A stretch of 64,000 nucleotides of DNA from an uncultured bacterium (GTDB lineage Bacteria; Verrucomicrobiota; Kiritimatiellia; PWTM01). This document shows positions 9,740 to 19,854 of this stretch, in pieces (position 1 is the first letter of the stretch; each line of letters opens with the position of its first letter). The notes beneath the pieces were generated by a model. The model was not told where the DNA came from, ran no database searches, and saw only the letters and a program-made list of their open reading frames with translations. The stretch covers positions 99-64,098 of the forward strand of contig CAACVY010000003.1 of assembly GCA_900661335.1 (NCBI GenBank), written 5' to 3'. The position numbers and the translations under genes were made by a program.

Positions 9740-11101
9740 TTAGACCGCCCACGCAGGTCGCATGGGCAACTTGAGCATGGCGTTGGCTTGATCGTCGTTG
9801 ACAAACCGTTCCGCGCTCGGATCGAACCGCAATGTGCGTCGCAGTTTCATCGCAATATGCGCGAGGTTGCACGCGGCCGTCGAACGGTGACCGACTTCCA
9901 TCGGGCAGATCGCACGTTGTTTTGTGCGAATGCACTCCAACCAGTTCTGGTAATGGTTCTTGCTTTCGTAGAGCCGCACGGAAGGGTTCGCGGGAAGTTC
10001 GAGCAGCTTCGGGTTGCTCGCGTCCAGAGCTCGCAGGCTCTGGGTACCGGTGGTGGGGTCGCTGGCGGTGGCCTTCTGCGCGCCGCGGGAGACAAAAATC
10101 CAACCTTCGGGGCCGATGAAACGGATGCCGTTGGGGTAGGTGTTCCGAATCCGAATGATCACGCCGTTGGCGTACTTCATTTCCACATGGTACGGGCCGT
10201 GCACGGTCCACAGCCCCTGGGTAGGGAATTCCGCCTCCGCCGTGATTTCCACCGGGCCGGTCAACTCGGTGTCCATTCCCCAGTGGGCGATGTCCACGTG
10301 ATGGACACCCCAACCGGTGATCATGCCGCAACAGTATTCTTCGCACCGCAACCATCCGGGGCGGCCAAATCCGTTTTGGGGATGCACGCGGTCTTCGGTG
10401 TAGGGGACCTCGGGCGTCCACCCCAACCACATGTCGTAGTTGAGGTTCGGGGGAACCGGCATGGGGTTCGGGTTCCCACCGGGTGGATCGGTGGGCAATC
10501 CGATTTCGATCTCCTTCACCGGCCCGATGCGGCCGTTCCGCACCAGCATGCAGGCTTGATAGAACTGGCGGCTCGACCGCTGTTGGGTTCCGAACTGGAC
10601 CACGCATTCGGGATGGGCGCGGGCGGCGGCCACCATGGCCAAGCCTTCGTGGTACATCCGGCCCGCCGGCTTCTGGACGTATACGTGCTTGCCGGCTGCG
10701 AGGGCGTCCACGGTTGGCTTGGCATGCCAGTGGTCTGGCGTGCTCACCGTGACCGCATCGATGTCGCTGCGTTTCAGCATCTCCCGATAGTCGGTGTAGA
10801 CCTCGATCTTGGGGACGGGCTGATTGCGCTTGCGGCACCACTCTTGGATGAACTGGCGCCCCAGTTCCGCGCGTTTGGAGTCCACGTCGCAGACCGCTAC
10901 GTACACGCCACCGGCGGCGAGCACTCCTGGGATGTCGGCCTCACGGGCAATGCGGCCGCATCCAATAGCCGCCACTTGGATTCGTCCTGAGGGCGCCTCG
11001 GCCCCCAGCAGCCTGGAAGGAATGATCGTCGGTGCGACCACTGCGCTTCCACCGATCAAGCTGGTCCGGATGAATTCCCGCCGTTTCACTCGATGTTTCA
11101 T
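9740..11101 (-). CDS. Gfo/Idh/MocA family oxidoreductase with twin-arginine (Tat) signal
   Basis: MKHRVKRREFIRTSLIGGSAVVA is a Tat-type signal. AAIGCGRIAREA, DAVTVSTPDHWHA and KHVYVQKPA are the family's NAD-binding and EKP-type motifs. Confidence 0.85.
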   Translation of the reverse strand: MKHRVKRREFIRTSLIGGSAVVAPTIIPSRLLGAEAPSGRIQVAAIGCGRIAREADIPGVLAAGGVYVAVCDVDSKRAELGRQFIQEWCRKRNQPVPKIEVYTDYREMLKRSDIDAVTVSTPDHWHAKPTVDALAAGKHVYVQKPAGRMYHEGLAMVAAARAHPECVVQFGTQQRSSRQFYQACMLVRNGRIGPVKEIEIGLPTDPPGGNPNPMPVPPNLNYDMWLGWTPEVPYTEDRVHPQNGFGRPGWLRCEEYCCGMITGWGVHHVDIAHWGMDTELTGPVEITAEAEFPTQGLWTVHGPYHVEMKYANGVIIRIRNTYPNGIRFIGPEGWIFVSRGAQKATASDPTTGTQSLRALDASNPKLLELPANPSVRLYESKNHYQNWLECIRTKQRAICPMEVGHRSTAACNLAHIAMKLRRTLRFDPSAERFVNDDQANAMLKLPMRPAWAV

Positions 11102-11336
11102 GGCCTCAAATACTCCTTATTACTTGCGCCCGCGCAGCGTCATGCAGTCTGCCATTGACGCACCAAGCGGTCAAGGACTTGCGGGGAACAATGCGGCCGC
11201 CCTCCCATACGCGCGGATACTTGCCCAGCACGTCGTTGCAAACAACGAGAACCGGAGGATCGTGTCACTTGAAGTCGGGGCTTGTCCTATAGCCGCACCT
11301 AATCGGCCGGGCAGATCGAAGCTGGCAACGGCAGGG

Positions 11337-12497
11337 TCAATGATATGGACGCGACAATCGGATTCCACGACGGAGGAAGGTGGGGATGTCCAGGTCCTCG
11401 CCTTGGTAGGAGGTCGTCGGGGTGGATTGGAAAATCCGCGGCTTTTCTTCTTCCATCCATTCGAACTCTGGTTGGAGCGGTTTGCGTTCGGCCGTCCCCG
11501 AAGCTGCCGCGGCGGGTTCTTGTGCGGGCGTCGCCTCGGCCGCCGGTGGCGTTGCTTGGTGCGGCGTCCATTCTGCGATCAGCAATACGACGCCCAGACG
11601 GCCTGCGAATGCTGGATCGATCACTGCTCCTAGAGTGAGGTCGGTCTCCACGGGTAGCTCGTTGGCCACCGCCATGGAAAGCTCGTTGAGTTCGCGGAGA
11701 GTCAAGTCCTCACCGCCGACCACTCCGAGCAAGACGGCGGGGGCTTTCGACAACACGGCGCCGTGGTCCAGTAACGGCGAGGAAAAGAGTTCGCGGACTG
11801 CGTGGCTCACCCGATCCGAACCTTCCGTTTCGACCGCCGCCAACGACACTGGGGTGCCGGTCTGTGGGACGAGCCGCCGTAGATCGGCCAAGTCGAGCAC
11901 CAGGACCCCACGCCCGCTCAAAAGCCTCCACAACAGATGGAGCGACCGGCCCACGGCGGAACCGACCAGATCGAACGCCATGGCCAACGGCGTGCCATCC
12001 GGGATCCGTTCCATGATTCGTTGGTGGGACAGCTCGATCAGTACGTCGCAGGTCTGGGCGAGGGCGGCGCGTGCTTCGTTGGCGATTTGGCGCGTGCGCG
12101 TTCCTTCGGCGAAAAATGGAAGTGTCACGATGCCGACGGTGAACACGCCGAGCTCGCGAGCCACCTCGGCGAGGACTGGGCTGATTCCGGATCCGGTTCC
12201 GCCCCCGAGTCCAGCGAGGATGAACACGGCTCGGTAGTCGCGAACCAAGTCGGCCAGTTCCGCGCGCGCGGCCTGGGCGGCGGCTCGCACCGTGGCCACG
12301 TTGCCCGCGCTGCCGAGCCCTTCATACACGCCGCGCAAGTGATAGTGGCGGGTGGCCGGCAGTCCTTCGAACATATCGTCACGCACGTGGATCGCCACAG
12401 TGTCGGGGCGGTCCGGGAGCCCGGCCAGCATGGTGCGTAGCATGTAGATCCCAGCGTGGCCCACTCCGAACCACGCGATATGCGTCGAGGGGCTCAT
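11337..12497 (-). CDS. ftsZ: cell division protein FtsZ (divergent)
   Basis: Tubulin signature GLGGGTGSG, a T7-like VLDLADLRRL, and the C-terminal conserved peptide DLDIPTFLRRG. The ATG at 12497 overlaps the ftsA stop (ATGA). The part of the 445-aa ORF upstream of this ATG is not FtsZ-like. Confidence 0.85.
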   Translation of the reverse strand: MSPSTHIAWFGVGHAGIYMLRTMLAGLPDRPDTVAIHVRDDMFEGLPATRHYHLRGVYEGLGSAGNVATVRAAAQAARAELADLVRDYRAVFILAGLGGGTGSGISPVLAEVARELGVFTVGIVTLPFFAEGTRTRQIANEARAALAQTCDVLIELSHQRIMERIPDGTPLAMAFDLVGSAVGRSLHLLWRLLSGRGVLVLDLADLRRLVPQTGTPVSLAAVETEGSDRVSHAVRELFSSPLLDHGAVLSKAPAVLLGVVGGEDLTLRELNELSMAVANELPVETDLTLGAVIDPAFAGRLGVVLLIAEWTPHQATPPAAEATPAQEPAAAASGTAERKPLQPEFEWMEEEKPRIFQSTPTTSYQGEDLDIPTFLRRGIRLSRPYH

Positions 12498-13702
12498 GAT
12501 CGGACTTTTCTCCGAAGCCGCCAAGGCCAACGGAACCCACCTCGCGAAGCCGCGTGACTCAGCCCGGGGTCCGCCATCGCGACGTATTTCAACATCCCGG
12601 CCACCGTGGCGTACGAGGTGGACGCAAAGCGATCCGGCAGTCCGGCCAATCCCACGATGGACCCGATGGAGCAAGGAAGATCCAACACGTTCTCCACCAG
12701 CTCTTGGATGCCCTTCATTTGGGCGCTGCCGCCGGTCAGTACCACCCCACTGCCGAGCACATGGTGCACGTTGAGTTCGTCAAGCTTGTTGCGAATGAGC
12801 TGAAGAAGTTCCTCGAGCCGTGCGTGGATGATCACATGGGCGTCCCGCAAGTTGACCGTGCGTTCGCCCAGGGGCGATTGGGTGGGCACGCTCACCACCT
12901 GGTCGCGCCCGTCGGGTCGTGCGCAGCCACATCGGACCTTAAGAATCTCCGCAGCGGCCGAAGGAATTCGCAATCCCACGCTGAGGTCATTGGTGACGTG
13001 GTCCCCACCAATGCCGATGGACCCAGCCAACAAAAGTTTCTGGTGGGCATAGAGCACATACCGGGTGCCTCCGGCGCCGAGATCGAGCACCAGAACCCCG
13101 CCGCGCTTTTGCTCAGCGGTCAGCACCGCCATCGCCGCGCAGAGTCCGCCGAAGGCGCAGTCTGCCACATCCACGGGCACATTGGACACCGCGTTCACCA
13201 AATTTTCGATGAGCGTTCGGTCGCCATGGATCAGCAACATGTGTTGATCCAGTTGCGAGGCTTGCATCCCGGTCGGGTTCACCACCTCCGCGCGGCGGTC
13301 CAGTACATAGCATTGGTGGATGCTATGGATGACTTCGCGGTCCGGCGGCAGGTTGGCGGCCCGGGCAACCTCACGGACGCGTTCCACATCTTCCGGCTGG
13401 ACTTCCCGATCCCGATGGGTGATGTGAACGGTGCCCTTGCTGGAGACGCATTCGACCCCCGGCGGCGACAGCACCAAGTGGACTTGGTGAATATCCACTT
13501 GGGAGTCGTGTTCCGCGGCCTCGAGGGCGGCTCGGCACGCTGCGACCGCAGGTTCCAGTTCGAGCACACAGCTTTTCCGCAGTCCCTGGGAGGGCTGTTC
13601 CGCGGAACCGAGCACGACAATTCCACCGTCCTCGTGCGGTTCACCAACTAGCACGCGGACCCGGTGGGTACCGACCTCGATGGCTGCAATGGGAGCGGGC
13701 AT
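12494..13702 (-). CDS. ftsA: cell division protein FtsA (actin-like ATPase)
   Basis: N-terminus IAAIEVGTHRVRVLVGE, plus VLDLGAGGTRYV and VLTGGSAQMKGI phosphate-binding motifs. It sits between ftsQ and ftsZ. Confidence 0.9.
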   Translation of the reverse strand: MPAPIAAIEVGTHRVRVLVGEPHEDGGIVVLGSAEQPSQGLRKSCVLELEPAVAACRAALEAAEHDSQVDIHQVHLVLSPPGVECVSSKGTVHITHRDREVQPEDVERVREVARAANLPPDREVIHSIHQCYVLDRRAEVVNPTGMQASQLDQHMLLIHGDRTLIENLVNAVSNVPVDVADCAFGGLCAAMAVLTAEQKRGGVLVLDLGAGGTRYVLYAHQKLLLAGSIGIGGDHVTNDLSVGLRIPSAAAEILKVRCGCARPDGRDQVVSVPTQSPLGERTVNLRDAHVIIHARLEELLQLIRNKLDELNVHHVLGSGVVLTGGSAQMKGIQELVENVLDLPCSIGSIVGLAGLPDRFASTSYATVAGMLKYVAMADPGLSHAASRGGFRWPWRLRRKVRS

Positions 13703-13709
13703 AGCGGCC

Positions 13710-14585
13710 TCAGGGTAGGAGGTTGCGGATGCTGTAATTCACTTCGCCGGTCATGTCAATGCGCACGGGCGGCGAACCTTCGTGGCGGGGATAGTTCCGG
13801 ACGCGGCGAAGAATATCGGGGAGGTAGTCGAGGCAACTATGCATCGTTCGGCGCGGCATCAACACTTCCTCTCCCGTGGCCAACGTCAGAAGAAAGGTTT
13901 CCGCGTCACGGCGGTGCACGCGTAGGATCCCCACGCTCCGTAGCGTGACATCCTTGGCCACGCGCGAGAGGAGTGCAAGGGCGTCGAGAAGATCCGGCGC
14001 AGCCAGCCGAATGCCTGGACGAAGTCCCAACGGATGAAACCCTGTGAGTTGCGGCAACGCCTGCGTGGAGGCGTCGCCGATCCATACCCAACCCTCGGCG
14101 TCCACGGCCAACGGGAGCTCATACCCGGGCAGCACGATTCGCGCCAGTGGCGTGCGTTCGACTACGCGTACCTCGAGGGTGTCGGGTAATAGTCGCCGGA
14201 CCTGCACGTCTTTCACCAGCGGTACGCTTCGCAGTCGCTGGCAGATCTCCTCGGAGCTTACGCGGAACAGGTTCTCCCCTTCGCGGAGTTCTGCGTAACG
14301 TTGCAAGAGCTCCGGCGTCAAGCGGCCATCGGAGGACAGGTCGAGGTTGCGGATCGTGAAGAACGGGTTCTCGGTGAACAACGTGGCCGTGGCCTTTCGA
14401 AAGCCGAGGAAAAGGACCATGCCCGTCGCCGCCAACGTGACTCCCACCAGCACGAGGGTGCGCCAGTGGTCAGTGGAGATCGCCGGAGCCCATCCGGCGC
14501 GGGTTCGCGCCCACACCGGTACGTGCTGCGGCGCCCGCCGTCGGCCATTCCACCATCGAGCCCACCATGACTGATACGTGCCCAT
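13710..14585 (-). CDS. ftsQ: cell division protein FtsQ (POTRA domain)
   Basis: A single N-terminal TM segment (LVLVGVTLAATGMVLFLGF) followed by FTIRNLDLSSDGRLTPELL...VKDVQVRRLLPDTLEVRVVERTP, a POTRA-type sequence. It sits in the ddl-ftsQ-ftsA order. Confidence 0.8.
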   Translation of the reverse strand: MGTYQSWWARWWNGRRRAPQHVPVWARTRAGWAPAISTDHWRTLVLVGVTLAATGMVLFLGFRKATATLFTENPFFTIRNLDLSSDGRLTPELLQRYAELREGENLFRVSSEEICQRLRSVPLVKDVQVRRLLPDTLEVRVVERTPLARIVLPGYELPLAVDAEGWVWIGDASTQALPQLTGFHPLGLRPGIRLAAPDLLDALALLSRVAKDVTLRSVGILRVHRRDAETFLLTLATGEEVLMPRRTMHSCLDYLPDILRRVRNYPRHEGSPPVRIDMTGEVNYSIRNLLP

Positions 14586-14597
14586 GCGGATGGCAAG

Positions 14598-15494
14598 CTA
14601 ACATGGGCAGCGCGCGAGATTCAAGATCTCTTCACATAGTCTTGGGAACTCGATGCCCGCGGCGGCCGCCGCTTTGGGGAACAGGCTGGTTCGAGTGAAC
14701 CCGGGAATGGTGTTCAGCTCCAGGATGTACACCTCTCCGCGTGGTGTGAGGCGAACATCCACGCGCCCGAATCCCTCCGCGCCCAATGCGCGGAACACCT
14801 GCAGCGCGAGGTCGGAGATCTTTTCGGTCAGCCGAGTGGGCAATGGGGCGGGGCAGAGATAACGGCTCATGCCCTCGGTGTACTTGGCTCGATAATCGTA
14901 CATCCCACCGATGGGACGAATCTCGACGAGCGGCAACACGCGCTCGCCGAGGATCGCCGCCGTGATTTCCTTGCCCGGAATGAACTCCTCGATGACGGCC
15001 TCGGAGTTGTACGAGAGCGCGTCGCGGATTGCCGCGGGCCACTGATCAGGGCCCGTCACCCGGTGGCAGCCGATGCTGGAGCCTTGACGCGTCGGTTTGA
15101 CGATGACGGGCCACGGAAACGGCGGGGCCTCGATGGGCCGGTTCACGACCACGCCCCTGGGCATCGGCAGCCCACGGGCGGTCAGAATCTCGCGCGTCAG
15201 CTTTTTGTCGTACGCGCGTCGGGAGGCCTCCGGGCCTGACCCGGTGTAAGGAATGCCACGCCGTTCCAAAGTTTCTTGGACCGTGCCGTCTTCGCCAAAG
15301 TCGCCATGCAGTGCGATGAAGACCACATCGGTGTTCGGCGGTAGAACCAGGTCTGTCGTCTGAACATCCACCTCTTCGACTTCATACCCGGCTTCCGCCA
15401 ATCCGCGCGCGACAGCTGCGCCCGAGCGCAGTGAGACGCTGCGCTCCGCCGATATCCCACCCTCGAGGACTGTCACGTGTCGAAATCGCTTCAC
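14598..15494 (-). CDS. ddl: D-alanine--D-alanine ligase
   Basis: VTVLEGGISAERSVSLRSG, IALHGDFGEDGTVQ, VKPTRQGSSIG and LELNTIPGFT are Ddl/ATP-grasp motifs. The likely start is the GTG at 15494, preceded by GGAG; the ORF extends to 15527. Confidence 0.88.
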   Translation of the reverse strand: MKRFRHVTVLEGGISAERSVSLRSGAAVARGLAEAGYEVEEVDVQTTDLVLPPNTDVVFIALHGDFGEDGTVQETLERRGIPYTGSGPEASRRAYDKKLTREILTARGLPMPRGVVVNRPIEAPPFPWPVIVKPTRQGSSIGCHRVTGPDQWPAAIRDALSYNSEAVIEEFIPGKEITAAILGERVLPLVEIRPIGGMYDYRAKYTEGMSRYLCPAPLPTRLTEKISDLALQVFRALGAEGFGRVDVRLTPRGEVYILELNTIPGFTRTSLFPKAAAAAGIEFPRLCEEILNLARCPC

Positions 15495-15786
15495 GCAGTG
15501 AACTCCAAAACGTTCCACGCATAGCAAACAATCGTCCCGGCTTCAATGCGCATGGAACACCGTTCACGGGTCCAGCACAATCCCAGCGGGCTGGAACTTG
15601 GTTCCCCTGGGTCGCCAAGGCGAAGTGGGCGAGAAACGGATGTCGCGAATGTTGTGGCGGCCAGGCTCTCCCAACGACCGCTTGGCTTGGGGGACTGGCG
15701 CGATTGCTCGGCCGCGGATGGGCCGCGTTGACGGCACGGACCTTGACGACTACCATGCGCAGGCACGTTGCCCTTGGGCTGGACTC

Positions 15787-17151
15787 ATGCTGCTGAAGTA
15801 TTTGCTCAAGCCAGAAATTCTCGAGCTCATCGACTCCGGCGAATGGAGCGAACTGCGCGCGTTCCTCATGCAGCAGCCGGCACCGGAAATCGCCGAACTG
15901 ATGGGCGACCTGGAGCGACGCTACCGCGTGGTCGTGTTTCGGTTGCTGCCTCGAACGTTGGCCGACGAAGTGTTTGCGCTCCTCGACGCGGACCTCCAGA
16001 ACGAGCTGCTAGAAGCGTTGGCGAGTGACGAGGTCAAGGCGTTGTTGTCCAGCTTGTCGCCCGATGACCGCACGGCGCTTTTCGAAGAGCTTCCTGCAGA
16101 GGTTACGCGCCGGTTGTTGGAACTCTTGCCCGAGTCCAAACGGCGAGAGACCCTGGCCCTGTTGAGCTATCCACGGGATAGCGTGGGCCGGTTGATGACC
16201 ACGGCCTACGTGACGGTCCGCCCCGAGTGGTCCGCGGCCGATGCCATCGAACATGTCCGCAAAAACGGGCAGGACAGCGAAACGCTGGCGGAGCTCTATG
16301 TGACGGACGACCATGGGCGCCTGACCGCCACCGTGTCGTTGCGTCGGTTGATCTTGGCCTCACCGACGGCGCGTGTGGCGGAGCTGATGGAGTTCAGGCC
16401 CGAGCGGGTGTTGCTTTCCCAAATGGACCGCGAACTTGCGGTGCGAATGTTCCGTCGGTTGGGCGCGCACGCGCTTCCTGTCACGGATGCTGATGGAATC
16501 CTGCTGGGCGTAGTTACGATCGACGACATCCTCGATGTGGAAGAGGAGGAGACGACGGAGGATTTCCATAAGTTGGCCAAAGTGGTTCCCATCGAGGGCA
16601 GCTTTCGCCGAGCGTCGATATTCGAGCTGGTGTACAAGCGGGCGGGCTGGCTCGTGGGGTTGGTCTTTCTAAATTTATTTTCCGGGGCAGCCATTGCACC
16701 GTTTGAAGACCTAATTCGGCGTCGTGCCGTGTTGATCACACTCCTCCCGCTGCTGATCGCTAGCGGTGGCAACGCAGGTTCGCAATCGGCCACGTTGGTC
16801 ATTCGCGCATTGGCGCTGGGTGAACTCACCGCGCGCAACGCGCGGCGGCTCCTGCTCCGAGAGTTATGGGTCGGCGTTGGGTTGGGTGCCATCCTTGCCT
16901 GCGTGGTCTTCGGCTTGGGGTACCTGCGCGGGGCGTGGTCGCTTGGGGTGGTAAGTTCGTTTTCGATGATGGCCATCATTTGGGTGGGCTGCTTAGTAGG
17001 GTTCTTGCTGCCGGTCGGCATTCGCCGGCTCGGCATGGACCCTGCGACGGCGGGGGCCCCACTGATCACCACCGTGTGCGATGTGCTCGGAATTCTGGTC
17101 TACTTCATCGTGGCCACGTGGGTGTTCAACATGGTGGGAGGTGGGCGGTGA
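15787..17151 (+). CDS. mgtE: magnesium transporter MgtE (copy 1)
   Basis: The ATG at 15787 gives MLLKYLLKPEILELIDSGEW. There is an MgtE N-domain, a CBS pair (ELMEF...LPVTDADGILLGVVTIDDILDVEEEE), and a TM domain with GGNAGSQSATL. The upstream part of the 517-aa ORF is not MgtE-like. Confidence 0.88.
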   Translation: MLLKYLLKPEILELIDSGEWSELRAFLMQQPAPEIAELMGDLERRYRVVVFRLLPRTLADEVFALLDADLQNELLEALASDEVKALLSSLSPDDRTALFEELPAEVTRRLLELLPESKRRETLALLSYPRDSVGRLMTTAYVTVRPEWSAADAIEHVRKNGQDSETLAELYVTDDHGRLTATVSLRRLILASPTARVAELMEFRPERVLLSQMDRELAVRMFRRLGAHALPVTDADGILLGVVTIDDILDVEEEETTEDFHKLAKVVPIEGSFRRASIFELVYKRAGWLVGLVFLNLFSGAAIAPFEDLIRRRAVLITLLPLLIASGGNAGSQSATLVIRALALGELTARNARRLLLRELWVGVGLGAILACVVFGLGYLRGAWSLGVVSSFSMMAIIWVGCLVGFLLPVGIRRLGMDPATAGAPLITTVCDVLGILVYFIVATWVFNMVGGGR

Positions 17152-18500
17152 GCGATATCCTCCGCACGGTCCTAAAACCGGACATCTTGGAGCTGGTGGA
17201 GCTACGAGATTGGGCGACCTTGCAGGAGGTCCTCCGTCACCAGCCGGCGACAGATATCGTCGAATTGCTCGATGCTGTCTCCGATTCGGATGCACTGATT
17301 CTCTACCGATTGTTGCCGCGCAAGCTCGCCGAGGACGTGTTCGATCTTTTGCCGGTGGAGTTGCAGAACCGCCTCGTGCGTCTCATGAGTAGCGACGAGG
17401 CCGCGGCCATCGTCGAACAAATGTCACCCGACGATCGCACCGCGTTACTCGAAGAATTGCCTGCCCCGGTCGCCCGGCGCTTGCTCGACATGCTGCCCGA
17501 AGGCCAGCGGCGCGCGGCGCTGGCGCTGTTGAACTATCCCGAAGATTCCGTGGGCCGTTTGATGACGACGGCCTACGTGCGCGTGCGGCCAGAGTGGACG
17601 CGGGAACAAGTACTCGAGCACATCCGACAATATGGTGCCGACAGCGAAACGCTCGAAATGCTTTACGTAACGGATGAGCGTGGCCGATTGATGGACGACA
17701 TTCGGTTGCGACAGATCATTCTAGCCAATCCTGGTGCCCGCGTGGCGGATCTGATGGACCATCGTTTTATTGCGTTACGGGCCGACCAGGACCGTGAAGC
17801 TGCGGTGCACGAGTTCCGCAAATACGATCTCTACGCCATGCCCGTGGTGGACTCCGAGGGTCACTTGCTTGGGATTGTCACTCACGATGACGTGTTGCAA
17901 GTCGCCACGCAGGAAGCGACCGAGGACTTCCACCGGATTGGCACGGTTCAGCCGTTGCATACACGCTTTGCTATGGCCGGGGTCGGCTTGCTCATTCGGC
18001 GGCGGGTCAGCTGGCTGCTGGCGTTGGTGGGAGCCAATCTAATTTCCGGTAGCATCATCCACAGGTTCGAGGACTTGATCGCGGCCAATATCGTCCTCGC
18101 GTTCTTTTTGCCGTTGCTGGTCGACAGCGGCGGCAATTGCGGATCCCAGTCCTCGACCCTCGTAGTGCGTGCGCTGGCCACTGGGGACATCACCCCGCGA
18201 GACGCAGGGCGCTTATTGGCGCGCGAACTGATGGTGGGTCTTTTGCTCGGGGTGCTGACGGCGGCGGCGGTGTTCGTCTTGGGATGGTGGCGCGGCGGCC
18301 TCCCGATCGCCGAGATCGTCGCCCTCGCGATGGCCACCATCGTGGTCGTCAGCAGTGTGATCGGCTTGATGCTTCCGTTCCTGCTTTCGTGGCTTGGGTT
18401 CGATCCGGCGATGGCCAGCGCGCCGTTGATCACGACTTTGGCCGACATCACAGGCATCACCATCTATTTCCTCATCGCATCGCGCTGGCTCGCGTGCTGA
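17148..18500 (+). CDS. mgtE: magnesium transporter MgtE (copy 2)
   Basis: The GTG at 17148 overlaps the stop of copy 1 (GTGA). The architecture matches copy 1 (VSDILRTVLKPDILELVELRDW..., a CBS pair, GGNCGSQSSTL). Confidence 0.85.
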   Translation: MSDILRTVLKPDILELVELRDWATLQEVLRHQPATDIVELLDAVSDSDALILYRLLPRKLAEDVFDLLPVELQNRLVRLMSSDEAAAIVEQMSPDDRTALLEELPAPVARRLLDMLPEGQRRAALALLNYPEDSVGRLMTTAYVRVRPEWTREQVLEHIRQYGADSETLEMLYVTDERGRLMDDIRLRQIILANPGARVADLMDHRFIALRADQDREAAVHEFRKYDLYAMPVVDSEGHLLGIVTHDDVLQVATQEATEDFHRIGTVQPLHTRFAMAGVGLLIRRRVSWLLALVGANLISGSIIHRFEDLIAANIVLAFFLPLLVDSGGNCGSQSSTLVVRALATGDITPRDAGRLLARELMVGLLLGVLTAAAVFVLGWWRGGLPIAEIVALAMATIVVVSSVIGLMLPFLLSWLGFDPAMASAPLITTLADITGITIYFLIASRWLAC

Positions 18501-18882
18501 AGGACGTTGCGTTGGCCTCCCCCGGAGGTCTAGGCTGTCTAGATCGGTGGTTTGGATCTCGGTCGCCGCATGATGTTCGAACGAACCTCGGTCGGCCCCC
18601 GTCGGTGCTCGTTGCCAAACGCCCGTCCAAGAGTTGGACTCTCCATGGCCGATGTGGTCCAAGGCTTGGACAAATCGCCGCACAGAGGTGCGCCCGGGGA
18701 CTTCCAGGTTGTTTGAGCGACCCGACTGGACGACCCGACTGGTTGACCTTCGCGGCGTCTGACAGCCCACGCGGTTCTTCGGATGAGCGCGGGTGGCGAA
18801 CAAGTCCGGTCTCATGCTTGTGTCGTGGAATCAAGGGACGTCGCATGGCACTTGAGCGTGGAGAAGGCGTGCGCAGGAAGGT

Positions 18883-19818
18883 CTACGGCCGCATTGGACC
18901 GATGTACTCAGTCGCCACTACAACGTCGTCAAAGCATACCCACTGCTGGTCGGGCCAATGCTCGCGAGTGGGATCGCTTTCGTCCATGCCGTAGTACTGA
19001 AGCCAAAGGCAATTGATTTTGAGCTCTGGTCCCAAGCGCCACCGAAGACCGGTGAACTCTGCGATTTGGCGGCCATCCAACCACATGGCTTGACGGCCAT
19101 CCGCATGGTCCGCATCGCGGTTGGCCTCGATCATGAATTCCCAACACTGCCATCGACCCAACGCGGGTAGGACGCGAGTGGGTTGGGCGGGCCGCCCGCG
19201 ATCGGGCCCAGGAGGAAAGAACATGTTACCCCAGTAGCGTCGCATTTTGGGGTCCATGTCCATGTCGAGGAAGTAGCTGTACATCATGAGCTCGCCCGGG
19301 GGAGGGTTGCGGCCCCAGGCGAACCACGGTTCCATGCCCGAGCAAAACCACCGGCCGTCGGGTTTGGTGCCAGCCTTACCGAACGCAGCCCAGCGGTTAC
19401 CCGGCTCGTTGGCCAACAACGTCACGAAGTGGTGCAGGTAACGGTGGTCGGGCGAGAACTTGACGTAGAATCGGACAAAGACTCGGTCCGCTCCTGCAAA
19501 CCATTTCTTGAGGTCCGCACCCGTGTTCGAGCCCCGCTGCATCTCCATTCGCACGCAATAGCGGCCGGCGTGAGGATGCAGGTTCGTCAGGACTGGGTGG
19601 CCACGAATGTTGTCCCAGCGATCGAGCCGCCCACGTTCGAAGTCCTCGTGGAACAGCACGGCGGGATCCTGCTCGATGCCTTGGTCGCCTGGGTACCGCG
19701 CGGCGAGCCCCGTCTCCGCGCTCGCTTGGCGCATGGTTGGACTCATACTCGTGCCGAGTACAACCGTGAACCAACACACGAGGCGTCGGACCTGTCGGTG
19801 GGTCGTGCACTGAGTCAT
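18883..19818 (-). CDS. secreted protein of unknown function (possible jelly-roll/lectin-like fold)
   Basis: The N-terminal hydrophobic signal is RRLVCWFTVVLGTSMSPTMRQASA. The sequence is well formed and Trp/Asp-rich (FHEDFERGRLDRWDNIRG...). It lies 36 nt downstream of the ArnT-like gene on the same strand. The fold call is inference only. Confidence 0.55.
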   Translation of the reverse strand: MTQCTTHRQVRRLVCWFTVVLGTSMSPTMRQASAETGLAARYPGDQGIEQDPAVLFHEDFERGRLDRWDNIRGHPVLTNLHPHAGRYCVRMEMQRGSNTGADLKKWFAGADRVFVRFYVKFSPDHRYLHHFVTLLANEPGNRWAAFGKAGTKPDGRWFCSGMEPWFAWGRNPPPGELMMYSYFLDMDMDPKMRRYWGNMFFPPGPDRGRPAQPTRVLPALGRWQCWEFMIEANRDADHADGRQAMWLDGRQIAEFTGLRWRLGPELKINCLWLQYYGMDESDPTREHWPDQQWVCFDDVVVATEYIGPMRP

Positions 19819-19854
19819 GGGCGCTCTCCAAGCTGAACAGAACCATTCACCATG

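Noticed and set aside
9563-10990. A 475-aa plus-strand ORF, plus ORFs at 8704..9702 and 9711..10841.
   Set aside because: They are antisense or out of frame relative to the two Gfo/Idh/MocA genes, whose frames carry clear family motifs.
12554-13651. A 365-aa plus-strand ORF.
   Set aside because: It is antisense to ftsA and has shadow-ORF composition.
15528-15786. A possible M-box (Mg) or ZTP-like riboswitch upstream of mgtE; a GACTGGCG string is present near 15693.
   Set aside because: The conserved M-box blocks (GTTAGGTGAGGC, GCTAAAGCTC) are absent. The ZTP 3' element CCGNCTGGGC is not matched, and mgtE is not a ZTP-regulated gene class.
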